From: Eledone cirrhosa
Taxonomy: Eukaryota
Assembly: GCA_964016885.1 (NCBI GenBank)
Contig: OZ024740.1
Span: 315,332,001-315,396,000 of the forward strand
Direction: 5' to 3'
DNA length: 64,000 nt
The translations under genes and the position numbers were made by a program. Under the pieces are notes generated by a model that did not search any database, was not told the DNA's origin, and saw only the letters and a list, made by a program, of their open reading frames with translations. Shown in pieces: positions 1 through 16,189 of this stretch. How positions within the stretch are numbered: position 1 is the stretch's first letter; the number at the start of each line of letters is the position of its first letter.

Positions 1-409
1 TTGTTGTTGTTGTTGTTGCTGTTATAGTAACTGGCAAAGTAGATATTTGTTTCTAGTAAACTTTTCACCCCAACATCACAGACATCATGGCTCACCTGAA
101 TAAGCTAGCATAATTGTCCAAACTATTTCTTCTTTCGTTCGTTGCTGCATTTGTGTTTCTTTATTTCGTATAAATTATTTCTTATATATTCTATTTGCTT
201 TTTACGCGAAACTAGATATTAGGTTTTTGTTTTGTTTTGCTTCATTTCATTTTTAGGGGTTTTTTTTTTTTTTAGTTATTTTCTTTATAAGATAGTCAAA
301 TAAGAAGAAAGAAGTAACTTATGACCTTTGTAACTCCTACCAGACTAAAAAGATTTGTGCAGACGATATTCAGTTTGACCATCAATGGGTCGGTGCTTGT
401 AGGGAAAAT

Positions 410-544
410 ATACGTAAATATGTATGGACCTGTAACTCCTAATGGAGTTGAAGGGGCGCCGTCGTGACCTACAGAAGTTCGTGCGTGGGCAATTTAAACC
501 TGCCTGAGTCCGTCTCTTCTCCGGGTCTGAATACAGCTAATCTC
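410..544 (-). pseudogene. Exon-like segment paralogous to 48610-48744, frameshifted
   Basis: Pyrimidine tract + AG on the minus strand, then EISCIQTRR...RRPFNSIRSYRSIH (needs frameshifts). Aligns to EIFCTQAWR...RRLYDSIRSYGTIH at 48.7 kb. Confidence 0.35.
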
Positions 545-599
545 TTCCAGAAAGAGAAAGAGAATGATAGAGAGAAAGCGAGAAAGCGATATAGAAGAA

Positions 600-760
600 A
601 TTACCCCTAGTATCAAACTGCTACTTTTTTTTATTGACTTCGAAAGGATGAAAGGTAAAGTTTATCTCGGTGAGATTTGAACTCAGATAGCTCAGAGCGC
701 TGGAACGAATACAGCAAAGCACTATATTCGACGTTCTAACAACTCTGATAATTCACCGTC
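600..760 (-). mobile_element. Old, diverged tRNA-derived SINE copy
   Basis: cgaaaggatgaaaggtaaag...gatttgaactcag (reverse complement of B box and central domain). Confidence 0.7.
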
Positions 761-1131
761 CAAAGGAAAGGTACAGGACCGGTGAACATTCCAGTATGTT
801 CCATTTCAGAGGAGGAGTGGGTGTCGTGAAAGGTTTGGTAAGGGAAGGGTGATGGAATGAAGAAGCGACTAACGGAGATAAGGGGAGTCAAATAGAAAGA
901 TTACGTTGTTAACTAGTTCAGGGTCCAAAGTTGTTGCAATGGCGACTGTAGAAGAATCAAAGGAAAGGAACACTATTTGTGTCTACAAGCTTTGTCAATT
1001 ACTATTTTATTTGACGTATCATATCTACAGGCATATATATTTCGTATAATATCAATATGCACACTACATATGCTAGCAGAAAACACCCCGAAGGGTGGTT
1101 TTTCTGCTAGCAATAGCTAGTAATAATAATA

Positions 1132-1545
1132 ATGGTTTCAGATTTAGGCACAATTTTATGGGGGGTGGGGAGAGAGGTCGATTAAATTGACTTCAGTGCA
1201 TTACTGGTACTTAATTTTATCGACACCCTTAAGGATGAAAGGCAAATCTAACCTTGGTTGGATTTGAACTCAGAACGTAACGGACCGTAACTATATGCCA
1301 CAAAATATGTCGTCCGACGCTCGAGCGATACTGCCAATCCAGCGGCTACTATTAATAATAATTATTATTTCTACTTTTGACACAAGGCCAGCAATTACCC
1401 AGTGCATTACTGGTACTTAATTTTATCGACCCCGTAAGGATGAAAGGCAAAGTTAACCTCGGCGGGATTTGAACTCAGAATGACAAGGGCCGTAACTCTA
1501 TACGTCAAAGCATGGCGTCCGACCCTCTACCGATACTGCCAATCA
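1132..1545 (-). mobile_element. Two tandem tRNA-derived SINE copies (about 1132-1346 and 1366-1545)
   Basis: Reverse complement shows A box TGGCAGTATCG, B box GAGTTCAAATCC and the GCCTTTCATCCTT...TCGATAAAAT central domain (Meta/MESC-domain-like from recall). Confidence 0.85.
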
Positions 1546-1978
1546 CATTCAGCCTATGTTGTTGATCAAGTAGAGCTATGATCCGAGGCGTTCAGCTTAT
1601 CGTCACCGTTTATTTTTTCTAGATGCATAGAACCTGGTGCGTATGCTTTTAGAGAGACTTGGCTGCTGTTTCTAGATGGTCAAGCGACCCCATACACGTT
1701 CTCTTATTTGCTTTCCATATTTTTCTCCTGTGTGTATCAATAGTAATGCTCCAATATGAGCCATACATGAGGATTAGCAAGAGAGTAGTGACTAGCCCTA
1801 AAATGGAGATGCAGTCGTTGTAAGGGAGCCTTCACACCGTTTGAGACAATATGAGGTTATATTCATGCCCGTTTAATCAATGGTAGTGATCTTCGTTTAT
1901 GCGGGTGGGCTTATGAAATTATCATTAAAATTATCATTATCATTAAAATTCAGATCTATAGAGAGAGAGAAAGACTGA

Positions 1979-2084
<106 letters not shown>

Positions 2085-2251
2085 TACAGTATATATATAT
2101 ATATATACAAAAATATGTACACTCTGAATAGCTAGTTGCATCTGGCAGATTCATCAGACGTTGGGCGGGGACCGTTGACATAGTATCAACGACATTCGTT
2201 AATAATTATTTATATGTCTGTGTGTGTGCGTGTGTGTGTTTGTGTGTGCGC

Positions 2252-2293
<42 letters not shown>

Positions 2294-2343
2294 GTATGTG
2301 TGTGTGTGTGTGTGTGTGCGTGTGTGTGTGTATGTGTGTGTGT

Positions 2344-2452
<109 letters not shown>

Positions 2453-2934
2453 ATAATTGAATTCGTCTTTTGAACATTAAAACCCTATGAAATGTAAACT
2501 ATTTTCGAAGGCGTATGCTTAATTGCCATGTATATATATATATATATATATACATATGTGTATGTGTTTTGGTGTGTGCGTCTGTATGTTTGTATGTATG
2601 TGTATATATCTATGTGTGTGTACATATAAATACGTATGCTATGCATAGATATACACATACACATGCACACATACACATCTAGTTATATATATGTATATAT
2701 TTATGTAAATATCCATGTATATAAATATGTATATAAATATGATTGTATGTATGTATGTATGTAAATATGTATGTATATATTTATGTAAATATGTATGTAT
2801 GTATGTATATATATATGTGTGTATATATGTATGTATGTATTTATATATGTGTGTGTGTGTGTATTTATGTATGTATATATTTATATATACATGTATGCAT
2901 GTGCGTATATATGTTTGTATGTATGTATATATAT

Positions 2935-2965
<31 letters not shown>

Positions 2966-3167
2966 TGTATGTGTTAGAGTAATTAGTATAGAGTTCTATA
3001 TAACTGGGAGATTAGTTGTAAATGAAGTAAAATCAACTGTTATGTCCTTAGCCACTGTAACGAAATAGCTACAATCATACACTATAATTACTGAAGTCAA
3101 TTAATACTAATCATTCAGCTGATAATAATTAGCAAATATGATATATTAATAATCCTCTATTTATTTT

Positions 3168-3506
3168 GATGAAGGTGCATTGCTTAATGGTCAAAGCGTT
3201 GGACTTGCAATCATGAGGTTGTGAGTTCGATTCGTTGTGTCTTTGAGCAAGACACTTCATTTCATGTTGCTCCAGTTTACACACTGTAGAAAATAGTTGT
3301 GACGTCACTGGTGTCAAGATGTATCGGCCATTGCCTTTCACTTGGACAACATCAGTGGTATGGAGAAGGGAGACTGGTATGCATGGGTGACTGCTGGTCT
3401 TCTACAAAGAGCCTTGCCCGGATTGTGACTTAGAGAAAGACCTTTCTAGGCGCCAAATCCCCTGTTCATTCGTGACCGAAAGGGGTCTTTGCCCTTACCC
3501 TTTACT
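3168..3506 (+). mobile_element. Second tRNA-derived SINE family
   Basis: Degenerate A box (ttgcttaatgg), B box gagttcgattc, tgtgtctttgagcaagacactt core and cccttacccttta tail. Confidence 0.7.
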
Positions 3507-3577
3507 TTGATAAGGATTACAGATATGGTTGCCTTCTCTACCAAACATTGTCTTCCATTATCTTCTCTTTCACTTAA

Positions 3578-3614
<37 letters not shown>

Positions 3615-3746
3615 AAAGCTTTTTTTAAATGACCCACACGGGTAAAAATCTAAGGAAAAAATATTGAAAATCATAAGAACTGTGAAACTGGTAAAGTAAA
3701 TAAGTAAATATTCTTTAAAGACTCCAGTTGCATTTTCATACATACA

Positions 3747-3803
<57 letters not shown>

Positions 3804-3804
3804 C

Positions 3805-3960
3805 GTTATTCCGGGTTGAATCGGAGGTAACCACAGTAAGTAAGGTAATCAATACATAGCAGAGTATAAAAGTTTTAATATAGATGAGATTCTACAGGAC
3901 TAGAACTGTTTCATTCTAAAGAATGAAACAGTTCTAGTCCTGTATAATCTCATCTATATA
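3805..3960. mobile_element. Fold-back PLE 3'-end remnant, family A
   Basis: About 40-bp inverted arms 3878-3960 centred near 3918 plus a one-sided extension; related sequence at 12761-12940, 32860-33005 and 42205-42240. Confidence 0.65.
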
Positions 3961-4160
3961 TATATATATAAATTACAGAATAATCGATTATTCTGTAATT
4001 TATATTCGGGCATGTAAAACATCTGATGTATTTACATTGAGCTATTTTTCTTATTGGTAATAAGGTGGTAATGAATTACTGATCTTTCCTGTTTATAATT
4101 ATATATAGTGTATATATAAGTATAAATAATATTATTATATATATATATATATATATATAT

Positions 4161-4969
<809 letters not shown>

Positions 4970-5061
4970 ATCACACTCTACTATCCGAAGTATCGAGTAC
5001 TAATAATGGTCTTACTAGATTAAATCAGGTAAAATCCTCTCTCTTTCTCTCTCTCTCTTTA

Positions 5062-5257
<196 letters not shown>

Positions 5258-5848
5258 GAGACAGAGAGAGAGAAAAAGAGCGAGATAGATGGATAGATTA
5301 GATTAGATGTGTGTATGTGTATAGTTCTGTCTGTAAACTTAGGTGAGTGTGTGTGTGTTGGTAAGTCGCTCTTTATTAATACTTTAAGTTTATCAATGGA
5401 TTCTCAGTAAGAGATGATGCCCCGTTATTGGAATGAATCAGAAATTATCAATGTGTTTACTGATAGATTATATTCCTAGAACCTCTATGTAATAAAAGGT
5501 TAGAAAACACCAGAAATTCCAGATCTCGGCGTAAAACTTTTGCTTTACAGCCTAGCACTGCAATAACACTGAATCTGAATGTGAATCTGTACTCAAGATT
5601 ACACACCTGTTTGTTGAAGATAGGCGTCTTTGCCACAAAATACATTAACATCTAAAAGGCAGCTGATATTGACAATAACGTGTGAATTTTGTTTCCTGAG
5701 TCGGGGAGACAATGCCTGGTCTATTGCATTTTCATTAGGTGAAAATGTTTGTTAAAATTTCACCAATAGTCCTTATTTGAATAATGTGGGAACATTCCAT
5801 TACAATGGTGTCTTTTGTATTTCCGTTTATGCACAGACATTGTATATA

Positions 5849-6048
5849 CGAGAGTTGGCTGAAAGGTCATAGTCTGACTATGAAGGAGTGATGCCAGAGC
5901 TGTGAAATCTTGCATGCATTAATTTTAACTCTTCTTATTAATAATTGCATTGCTTTTTTTTTCGGGGACTATATTAAAAAGATAAACCTCATTTAGTCAT
6001 TCCATGGGAGTATCTTGATGAGTCTATGAACTTTTCAGCCGACCCTCA
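5849..6048. mobile_element. Tc1/mariner-type MITE
   Basis: TIRs cgagagttggctgaaaggtcatag / ctatgaacttttcagccgaccctca, with TA on both sides. Confidence 0.75.
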
Positions 6049-6239
6049 TATTTTGCTTGTGTCTCTATTTCTCATTTTAATTTTTCTTTCCTTGTTCGCT
6101 GTAAAACTAGCTTTACTATTCAGTGTCAGTAGCTATAGTACATTTTCTATCTCTGCTTCATATACATTACATATTACAAATACCTACACGGGGTGCTCAA
6201 ATGCCTGAAAGAAATCTTAGTTCAGGTTTAACGCTCACA

Positions 6240-6314
<75 letters not shown>

Positions 6315-6477
6315 AACAACGCGTCCCTTCGCCATTTCTTTTTGTGAGCTTCAGCGAATATATGCCCGTCTGTATGCATGTATATAAAAATGTATGTATA
6401 TCTGTATGCATGTATATATAAATATATGCATGCCTGTATGCAATATATATATATATGTGTGTGTGTGTGTCTGTCTG

Positions 6478-6515
<38 letters not shown>

Positions 6516-6535
6516 TGTCTGTATGCATGTATATA

Positions 6536-6597
<62 letters not shown>

Positions 6598-6600
<3 letters not shown>

Positions 6601-6786
6601 GTTTCTACTTTTGGCACAAGGCCAGCAATTATTCCAGTGCATTACTGGTACTTTATTTTATCGACCCCGTAAGGATGAAAGGCAAAGTTAACCTCGGCGG
6701 GATTTGAACTCAGATCATAAAGGGAGGTAACTCTATGCTTCAAAGCATGGCGTCCGACCCTTACCGATACTGCCAATCCACCGCCC
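6598..6786 (-). mobile_element. tRNA-derived SINE (main family)
   Basis: Full-length match to the 11276 and 34886 copies. Confidence 0.9.
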
Positions 6787-7749
6787 TATATATATATATA
6801 TATAATGGCGGGCTGTGTGGTTGCAATTAAGTATAATGAAGATAAAAAGTTTTAGTTGTCTGAATATATCATCGATATTTCTTCGCGTTAGAGACAAGAT
6901 ATCTCAACCTAGTGCGATCAATAACTAAAATAAGTTATTGGGATAAAAAGGGGGAGAGAGAGAAAAAATACGTAAACAGACACGAAAGGTAAAGCAACGT
7001 AAAGAGAGGAAAAATCGCACTAGGTTGAGATATCTTGTCTCTAACGCGAAAAAATATCGATGATTCCTAGCAGACAACTGATGATGGATAATACCCTCTT
7101 TCGCCTGTAACTTTTATATATATATATATATGTTTGTATGCATGTATATATAACTGTATATCTGTTTGTATGAATGTATATATAAATGTTATGAAATATC
7201 TTTTAATCAACCAATCAGCTGCCACCACGTTAGTTGGTGCAGACTACATAAGTTACGTGTGAACCGGCAACATTAATTGTAAGTGACAATAATTTTGTAT
7301 TGTTAATGAAGATTGGAATAAAGCCTTATAAGTTCTTACTATTCTGAATTAGTCGTGCTCAATAAATATATATTGACAACAATAACAAACATCCAATGTT
7401 TACTATTTATCTCAGAATATCGATGTGTTGACAAATGTGAAGAGGATGTAAGAAAACTATACAAGATCTCTTCTATTTTTTGTTGCTTCTTTTTCATTCT
7501 TTTGCTTTATTACTTCCAGGTTACACAAAATGGTTGTCAAGTGTCCATCGTGTTATATCAAAATTTAGTTTGCTTGGGACACCGTCAATTCTAGAAACAA
7601 ATCTGAAAACTCCTGAATAAACCCAAGGTCATGTTCGATCTTTGTTGTACGGAAACAAGAAATACTTGACTGAATGTTGTGGTTGTGGCAATAATTCTCA
7701 CTGAGAGCGTTGTGGAATTTATAGGTAGTAAAGAGATCATAAGATCTAA

Positions 7750-8438
7750 ACACAATGGGAATTTTTATAGGAATTATGGAACTTATTCTACAATTTGATT
7801 CATTTCTGATGAAACACTAGAAATGATTTGGCAACCTTGGCAGTAGTAAAGTCATATTTATCACCAATAATCTGTGAAGAAGAAATTGTTCTGTTGATAG
7901 CAAAATGTGTTAAGAGTTATATGCGGCAGAAACTCAAACTCCCAAGTACCAGATTTGATAGCATATAAGACCCCATTCCCCACTAACATGGCTCAAAAAG
8001 TAACATGGGTCTTATATACAAAGCTTAGATATCTGGTAGGCTAATGATTTTTCTAAATATTCTCTGCTAAAATGGGAAGGGCGTCGTATATGACAGAAAG
8101 TACTAAATGTCATCAAATATGGTATTTCTCAATTTCAGTAGATTTGACAGCCGACTTGGTCAGTTTATAGTTATCGTGCGATATTGTCCAAATTTGTCGC
8201 TCGCCCCACCACCCCTTTTGTATGTATCTTTATTTCCATATTACATTTATATATTTACATTTATGTATTATTGGTCAGTTTGTATATATGTATAACTTAT
8301 CAATTCCAATTACATGCAAGAAGAAGGGTGATATGTAATTTTGTGAGTTTGCTATATATTATAATTTTTGTGTAAGTTAGAGGGGGGGCGCACTAGGCCA
8401 GTATGCCCCGGACACCACATGGTCTAAATCCGGCTCTG
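7750..8438 (+). mobile_element. Decayed hAT transposon (ZMYM1/DUF4371-like transposase fragment + TIR)
   Basis: Frameshifted NGNF.GIMELILQFDSFLMKH..FGNLGS..SYLSPIICEE at about 7755-7910; terminal taaatccggctctg (CAGAGCCGG-type TIR). Confidence 0.65.
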
Positions 8439-8840
8439 GTATAATTACGTATATAGTTTCATTTCCTTCTAGTTACTAAAAGTTATATATAAACAAATTA
8501 TAATATGTCAAATATATTGATGGAAATAAGAAAAAAAAGATAAAAACAAAATTAAGTAATGAACAGAGAGAACAGGTGGTAAAGAAGGGCAGATCAGGCT
8601 GTAAATGAAAGTAGGGGAAAGTACTATGTCAATTAGATGATGGGTTGTTGAATTCGTAAATTCTTACAATTGCATTCGTCTCGCGGTGGAAAAGAATTGA
8701 ATTTTTATTCGTGTTTTCAACGAATCTAACCTCCAGGCGGAAAGTAACGATAAAATAGGTGTAAGATCATATATACGTATATTCGGCTATCTCTATACAT
8801 TAATTTGTCTAATGCTCCCACGTACACAACACACACACAC

Positions 8841-8950
<110 letters not shown>

Positions 8951-8951
8951 G

Positions 8952-9012
<61 letters not shown>

Positions 9013-9131
9013 ACTAGAGATTGATTAACATATAAATATACATGAATAATCACAGGAGAGAATTTTTGCTCGCGTGTAACCACGCATAGCAAGTATAGGT
9101 AATATTTAATTAATTTTATCTTAATTTTGGA

Positions 9132-9164
<33 letters not shown>

Positions 9165-9170
<6 letters not shown>

Positions 9171-9436
9171 ATGCTTTGGGAGGATCATGCTGCCAATAAA
9201 AACACCCGCACCTGTTGGTTTTCACTTCAATTTATTATTTATTACCGGTTGGTTGGTTGGTTGGTCTGGTAACCGAATGGCTGTTTATAAATTGTCATGG
9301 TTCTTTCGTCACACATTTTGTGACCTCCTCAGTGACTGAGTCTTTAGTGGCAGCATGACCCTCCCAAAGTATAACAATATCTGTTTCAACACACGTTTTC
9401 AGATAAGAAATCTTGCAAAACAAATTCAAAAATGAA

Positions 9437-9440
<4 letters not shown>
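9165..9440. mobile_element. Miniature fold-back copy of the 16557-20837 PLE termini
   Basis: Same left start (tattgttat.ctttgggagg) and same right-hand extension (tttcaacacacg...caaattca). Hammerhead on minus 9294-9337, with the cleavage-triplet U changed to C. Confidence 0.8.
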
Positions 9441-9486
<46 letters not shown>

Positions 9487-9504
9487 TATTATTATTATTA
9501 TTAT

Positions 9505-9550
<46 letters not shown>

Positions 9551-9551
9551 T

Positions 9552-9584
<33 letters not shown>

Positions 9585-9692
9585 TACATGAAAGTTTGAC
9601 GCTGCTTTGACCCTATTACGTGAAAGGAGCGATTCTTTGCTTAAACGTTAATCTGTACTAATTATAAATATTTGCTCTACGGGTTTATATAT

Positions 9693-9735
<43 letters not shown>

Positions 9736-10064
9736 CAAAGAGTTTTATTGCTCTACATGGCTCAATACAATAAATGTAATCTGGGCTTTTCGAATATTAA
9801 TAATAATATTCGATTCGTTTTCAATTATGCAAACAGCCTCTTTTTAAGCCATGTCAGTTGAATGGCTCCGCCATTCTTGCTCTTATGTTGGCATATAAAC
9901 AGAACGGCAGACACCAATGTTTCTGTATGATTACAATAAATGTAATCTGAGTTTTTCGAATATAAATAATAATATTCGATTCGTTTGCAATTATACAAAC
10001 AGTTTCTTTAATCGAATATTATTATTAATATTCGAAAACCTCAGATTTCTTATATATATATATA

Positions 10065-10789
<725 letters not shown>

Positions 10790-10798
10790 CGTGTGTAT

Positions 10799-12288
10799 TA
10801 GGGTGGCCTTTAGCAATAGGTAATTTTCCGAAAGTTAAAATTGTTGCTGCTCCCACCTCCTAATCCTGTTTCGATCAACAAAATCACGGGATGTCCAAAA
10901 TATGAGGGCAATCGGACAACCGTTAGGCGACCCTGAAACGCCTTGAATTTGGAACATAGTATATGCAACGATTAATTCTGTTCAAAAGCGGTATACTGTT
11001 CCCTATCTCGACCAATTTCTTTCTTCTTCTTAGAGAAATTTATGTAGACACATCCAGGCAACCCCAGCAAATGTTTTAAAACGTTCTGAATCAAATTTAC
11101 TAATAGTTAATTTGAAAAATTCCTGAAATAAAAACATAAGAAATATTAGGTTTTCTTAATAAAGCACACAACTTCCATAAGAGAAGCGCATTCTTATTTA
11201 CAACAATATAATTTCTATAGAATCAAAAACATAATCTGAACACTGAACACTGAATATTGAACATTATTTTTGCATATTGGCAGTATCGGTAGAGGGTCGG
11301 ACGCCATGCTTTGACGTATAGAGTTACGGCCGTTGCCATTCTGAGTTCAAATCCCGCCGAGGTTAACTTTGCCTTTCATCCTTACGGGGTCGATAAAATA
11401 AAGTACCAGTAATGCACTGGGTAATTGCTGGCCTTGTGCCAAAAGTAGAAACAATTATTTTTGCATAAGAGAGGATTTTGTGGCAGTTGGGTATATTTTA
11501 CGGTTTTCGGTAACGATCTGTAAAACAAATTGTTTCTCAGTTTCATCTTTTGTGAGATTGTAATCCTGAATGACACGTCTTTCTGCAACATCATTCACAA
11601 CTGCCTTCTCAAGTTTTTCAAGTCCACTTTTGTAACCAGGATCATCCTTCCATGTTGAAGAGTCTTTGTCGGGGAAGTCGGTGCTGATAGAAAATCTCGT
11701 GAAGAAAGTTTTGTACCAGGAGTTACAAAAGACGAAAACTCGATGTTTGTAAAGGAAGAAAAGTCATTTTGGTGCAGAATGTACCTCTTCAGTTGATTTT
11801 TTTCTTCCTCTTCTTCACTTTTGTCTGCTTCCAACATAGCTTGAGCAATATTTGCCTTAACCTCTCCTTGCTCTCCTTGCTCTCCTTGCTCTCCTTGCTT
11901 TCCTTTTATCCTTTCTCCCCTTGCTCTCCTTTTTCTCATTGCTCTCCTTTTATTCTTGCTCTCCTTGCTCACCTTTTCTCATTGCTCCCCCGGCTCTCCT
12001 TTCCCATTGCTATATTTGCTCTTCCTCCTATCATTGCTCTCCTTTTATCCTTGCTCTCCTTTCTCATTGCTCTCCTTGCTCTCCTTGCTCTCCTTTTCTC
12101 ATTGCTCTCCTTTTCTCGTTGCTCTCCTTACTCTCCTCTTATCCTTTCTCTCCTTGCTCTCCTTTTCTCCTTGCTCTCCCTTTCTCCTTGTATCTATGTA
12201 CTTGTTTTTATACAAATACAATGAGAAAAGGGGAGCAAGGAGAAATATGAAAGCAAGGATAGTAAGGAGAGTATATATATATATACAT

Positions 12289-12323
<35 letters not shown>

Positions 12324-12340
12324 ATAAGGGCCAGCCTAAT
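10799..12340 (-). mobile_element. Internally deleted hATm-like transposon with nested SINE and CTCTCCTTG minisatellite
   Basis: TIRs ttagggtggcct / agggccagcctaa. Minus-strand transposase C-terminus VVNDVAE...IQDYNLTKDETEKQFVLQIVTENRKIYP at about 11480-11605. A second related piece at 12360-12700 ends ggccacccta. Confidence 0.7.
11276..11455 (+). mobile_element. tRNA-derived SINE (main family)
   Basis: A box, B box, central domain and 3' ggccttgtgccaaaagtagaaac. Confidence 0.9.
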
Positions 12341-12701
12341 ATGTATATATCCGTATGTGGTTGACTAGCAATAGGTAATTTTCTGAAAGTTAAAATTTTG
12401 CTGTTCCCACAGCGAAAAGTAGGTCCCCAGCTTTGCAAGTTGCCCTCTCCATTATATTTATGGTCCCTTACCCTCTAATACCAAGAATAAGTCTGAACAA
12501 GTTTTTGTAATTTAAGAGAAAATTATATAAGAGATTAAAAGATTTCTATCTGAAAAAATGAGTTTCCGGGCGAGAACTTGAACATTTCACGGTCGATGAG
12601 GGTCGCCTTGGACTTGTATAGATTGGATATTTGTTAATTGAAACAAGGTAGGGGGGTGGAAGCTAAAGTTTTAGATCATTGAAAAATAAGGGCCACCCTA
12701 G

Positions 12702-12747
<46 letters not shown>

Positions 12748-12760
12748 CGTGTGTGTGTAT

Positions 12761-12940
12761 TTAACATAGAAATGGCTTCTACAGGGCTAGAATGTTTCAT
12801 TCGGGAGAAATCATCAGGAAGCCGAATGATTTCTCCCGAATGAAACAGTTCTACTCCTGTAGAAGCCATTTCTATATTGAATATTTATACACTGCTATGT
12901 ACCTTACTTACTGTGGTTACGTCCGATTGAACCCGGGATA
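12761..12940. mobile_element. Fold-back PLE remnant, family A
   Basis: Inverted arms 12761-12880 centred near 12820; CTGATGA...GAAA on minus; right-hand extension. Confidence 0.7.
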
Positions 12941-12942
12941 AA

Positions 12943-13036
<94 letters not shown>

Positions 13037-13213
13037 CATATATTTATACATATATACATATATATATAAATATATATGTATATATATATGTAGGAGGTGA
13101 GTTTTATTGTAGCACAATAAAGCAGTGCAAATATCGGATAAGTAGCACTCTACAGTTTGTAGGACTGGAGTATAAATAATATAAGATCAAAAGATGGTTA
13201 AAAGAGTTCCAAG

Positions 13214-13284
13214 TATTTTATTATGCGCATTTCAAAAACAAATATCATCATGGGATGATATCTGCGTTTTCATCAGATAAAATA
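13214..13284 (-). ncRNA. Minimal type I hammerhead ribozyme (PLE 1 pLTR)
   Basis: tattttat CTGATGA stem II GAAA tgcgc ATA ataaaata; palindromic stem III ATGCGCAT. Confidence 0.75.
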
Positions 13285-14450
13285 GGGATACATGATATGA
13301 AACTTAAAAAACACTTGTGAATAGTGAAGTTTTAAATCAACATATGAAAAATAATTTAAGATTGATGTATGAGATTGGGAAAAAGTGAGGCGATGGTGGA
13401 AAAGGTAAGGAAGAGGGGGATATGAGAGTAAAGAATGGTGGGGGAGGAGTATAAGAAGGAAGGATGAGAGAGGAGGAGAGATGGGTGATAGAGAGAGAGA
13501 GAGATAGCCTTTACAATTGAGAAAAAAATATATATTGTCTCACAGAGAGAAGTTAAAAAGCCGTTGGAAGATAATAGATAATTTAAAAGAATTTGAAATT
13601 AAAAGTTAATGAGGTTTATGCATGAAGAGAAAAAGGGATTAAGAATAATATTAAATTAAGGTTTGTATATTGAAGGGTTTAATAATATGTGCGAGGAAAA
13701 GAAATTATTAATATGTATTATTAAAATAAAAATATTAATGTTATTAAGGATATAATGTGAAAAGAAGTAGAAGAGTGAATGAGTTATGAATTTAGAGGAA
13801 TTAGTTAGTGTTTAAGTTTGTTTTTATGTAATGTAATATGTGTGCGTAATATATGTACGTAAATAGTTTGTTTATAAATGAGCGCAGAAAGCAAAGAAGA
13901 AAAGAATGTTTAAGGAAGAATATATCTAACATCAAAAAATATATATGTTTACGAAATATTTTCTAATGGTAATAATATAATATATTAAAAGAAATTAGTT
14001 ATAGTTTAAGTTTGTTTTTATGTATTGTAATATGTAAAAGTCAAACGAGCATGAAAGAAAGAGATAAGGAATTTAAGGAAGAAAAATTTAACGTCAAAAA
14101 TGTTTATGTTTACGAAGGACTATTAAAGGTAATACTATAATGTATTAAAGAAAATAATAATAATTTTTATGGCCAATGATATGAAGAAAGATGGAAGAAT
14201 GGATAATGTTGTGGTGAGTAATAATAAGAATTGAGAAGTAGTTAGGAAGAAAAAGTACAGATTAGAAGTTAGAAATTAAAAAGAAAAGAGGAAGAAAGAA
14301 AAGTGATAAAGAGGAATGATATAGAATGAGTAACTTGTATTATATAATATATAATAAATAATATTGAAATAAGGTAGAAAGATGGGTATATTTTTAAAAG
14401 ATATATAAGCCTTTGAGAAAAAGGATTTTAAACTAGTAAGGTATTAGATA

Positions 14451-15860
14451 TTAGCTGTATACTTTATGGAATGTTCTGTGGAATTTATGCAAGCAGAGAG
14501 AAAATAAATCGGTGTGTCTATTTATTATAGAATTGAAATTAGATATAATGGTAAATTTCTCAGATAGGCAAAGATTACATGTTCTGGATAGGGAGGCATT
14601 CAAGTAGGGAGAGGCAGAACAAACTTTTCTCCAAGAGATGTTATAGTTAATATTTTTGTCTTTCAAGGATCATATGAATTCTGAGAGTGCCGTGTTAGTT
14701 CTTTTAAGTTGGTATTTAAAAGACGAATTGTGATTATAAAATCTAGCTTTGAAGGAGGTGGAAATGGAACCGAAATAGGTAAAGGAATTGGTATCAGTTA
14801 TAACCTTACATTCATAGACTAAGTTTTTATCAAGACAATGGTTATTGAGAGGACATTTAGTTCTAACAGGGCAATTACAATTGCGATTAGGTAAATTAAC
14901 AGAGTTATTAACAAGTGACCTAGTGTTATTTATAGGAGGAATTGGATTGGAGAAGTTATTTACGATAGGAATAATAGTTTCCTGATTTAGATTGGTATTA
15001 TGAACATTCAACGAAGTTACGTTTGACGTCGTATTTGAGTTTGCAGAATCTAGCCTAGAGTTAACAATGACGTTGGGAGTACTACTGCTATTATTATGAC
15101 GCTCAGTATTGGAAGGATGTGATTTAATATTTAATATTTTATTGTTGTGTTTAGAGATAATGTTAGAGATGGTGGAGGAGGTGGAATAGGAAAATGTTAT
15201 TGTATGTTTGTTAAAGATTTTACTATAGATATGTGAGGGAGGGAAGCATTTATCTAAGGCCCTAAAGAATAGTTTAGAAATATTATTATTAATAGAAATA
15301 GAGAAAGGAGCATTATACCAGATTATATTTTTGTATCTAGGTCTTTTATTTAAGTTATTGGAATGATCATAATTAATTATTTTACTATAAGACCTTCTAG
15401 GATTGGTTTCTTTACTGTATTTAATTTTATCAGGATAACCGGCTTTAGAAAGCGCATTATTATAGTAATTGGCGTTAGCATCAAATATATTTTTTATTAG
15501 AGGATAAGTTTGATATTCTTTTTCCAATATTACTGACTATAGCATTTTTAATGTTAGTGGGGTGGTTAGATTTAAAATTAACATAATTTAGATTTTCATT
15601 GTTTTTATGGTAAGGGTAATATAGGCCAGTGTCAAGATTAAGGGACATATCCAAGAAGTTAGCTAGTTTGACGTTGTTATCAAATTCAATTTTAAGGTTA
15701 TGTTACTTAAAGAGATCACGTATATTGTTCTTAATAATATTAAGGTTAACTAAATTGCAATTTAAGATAGTAAAAAGTCAATCGTCACGATAAATTCCAC
15801 CGCGAAGTTGAAGAATTTTCCGATTTAAAGAATTCAAAATAAAAATACCAATCAAATCAG
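14451..15860 (-). pseudogene. PLE RT C-terminus + GIY-YIG endonuclease, interrupted by stops and frameshifts
   Basis: ORF pieces 14670-15527 and 14451-14666, plus RT motifs upstream. Confidence 0.85.
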
Positions 15861-16118
15861 TCAATGTGAGACAATATATTTTTTTTTCTCAGTTGTAAAG
15901 GCTATCTCTCTCTCTATCACCCATCTCTCCTCCTCTCTCATCCTTCCTTCTTATACTCCTCCCCCACCATTCTTTACTCTCATCTCCTCCTTTTCCTTAC
16001 CTTTTCCAACCCCCCTCACTTTTTCCCAATCTCATACATCAATCTTAAATTATTTTTCATATGTTGATTTAAAACTTCACTATTCACAAGTGTTTTTAAG
16101 CTTCATATCATGTATCCC

Positions 16119-16189
16119 TATTTTATCTGATGAAAACTAAGATATCATCCCATGATGATATTTGTTTTTGAAATGCGCATAATAAAATA
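16119..16189 (+). ncRNA. Minimal type I hammerhead ribozyme (PLE 1 inverted arm)
   Basis: 8-bp stem I tattttat/ataaaata, CTGATGA, GAAA, palindromic stem III, AUA cleavage triplet. Confidence 0.75.

Noticed and set aside
11595-12321. GEQ-repeat collagen-like or Leu-rich membrane ORFs
   Set aside because: 9-bp minisatellite inside a decayed hATm element.
14667-14672. In-frame TGA in PLE 1 as selenocysteine (reported for some Naiad PLEs)
   Set aside because: It aligns to a Trp position (EFI*SLK versus KTWQLR in PLE 3), the copy has other lesions, and no SECIS was recognised.
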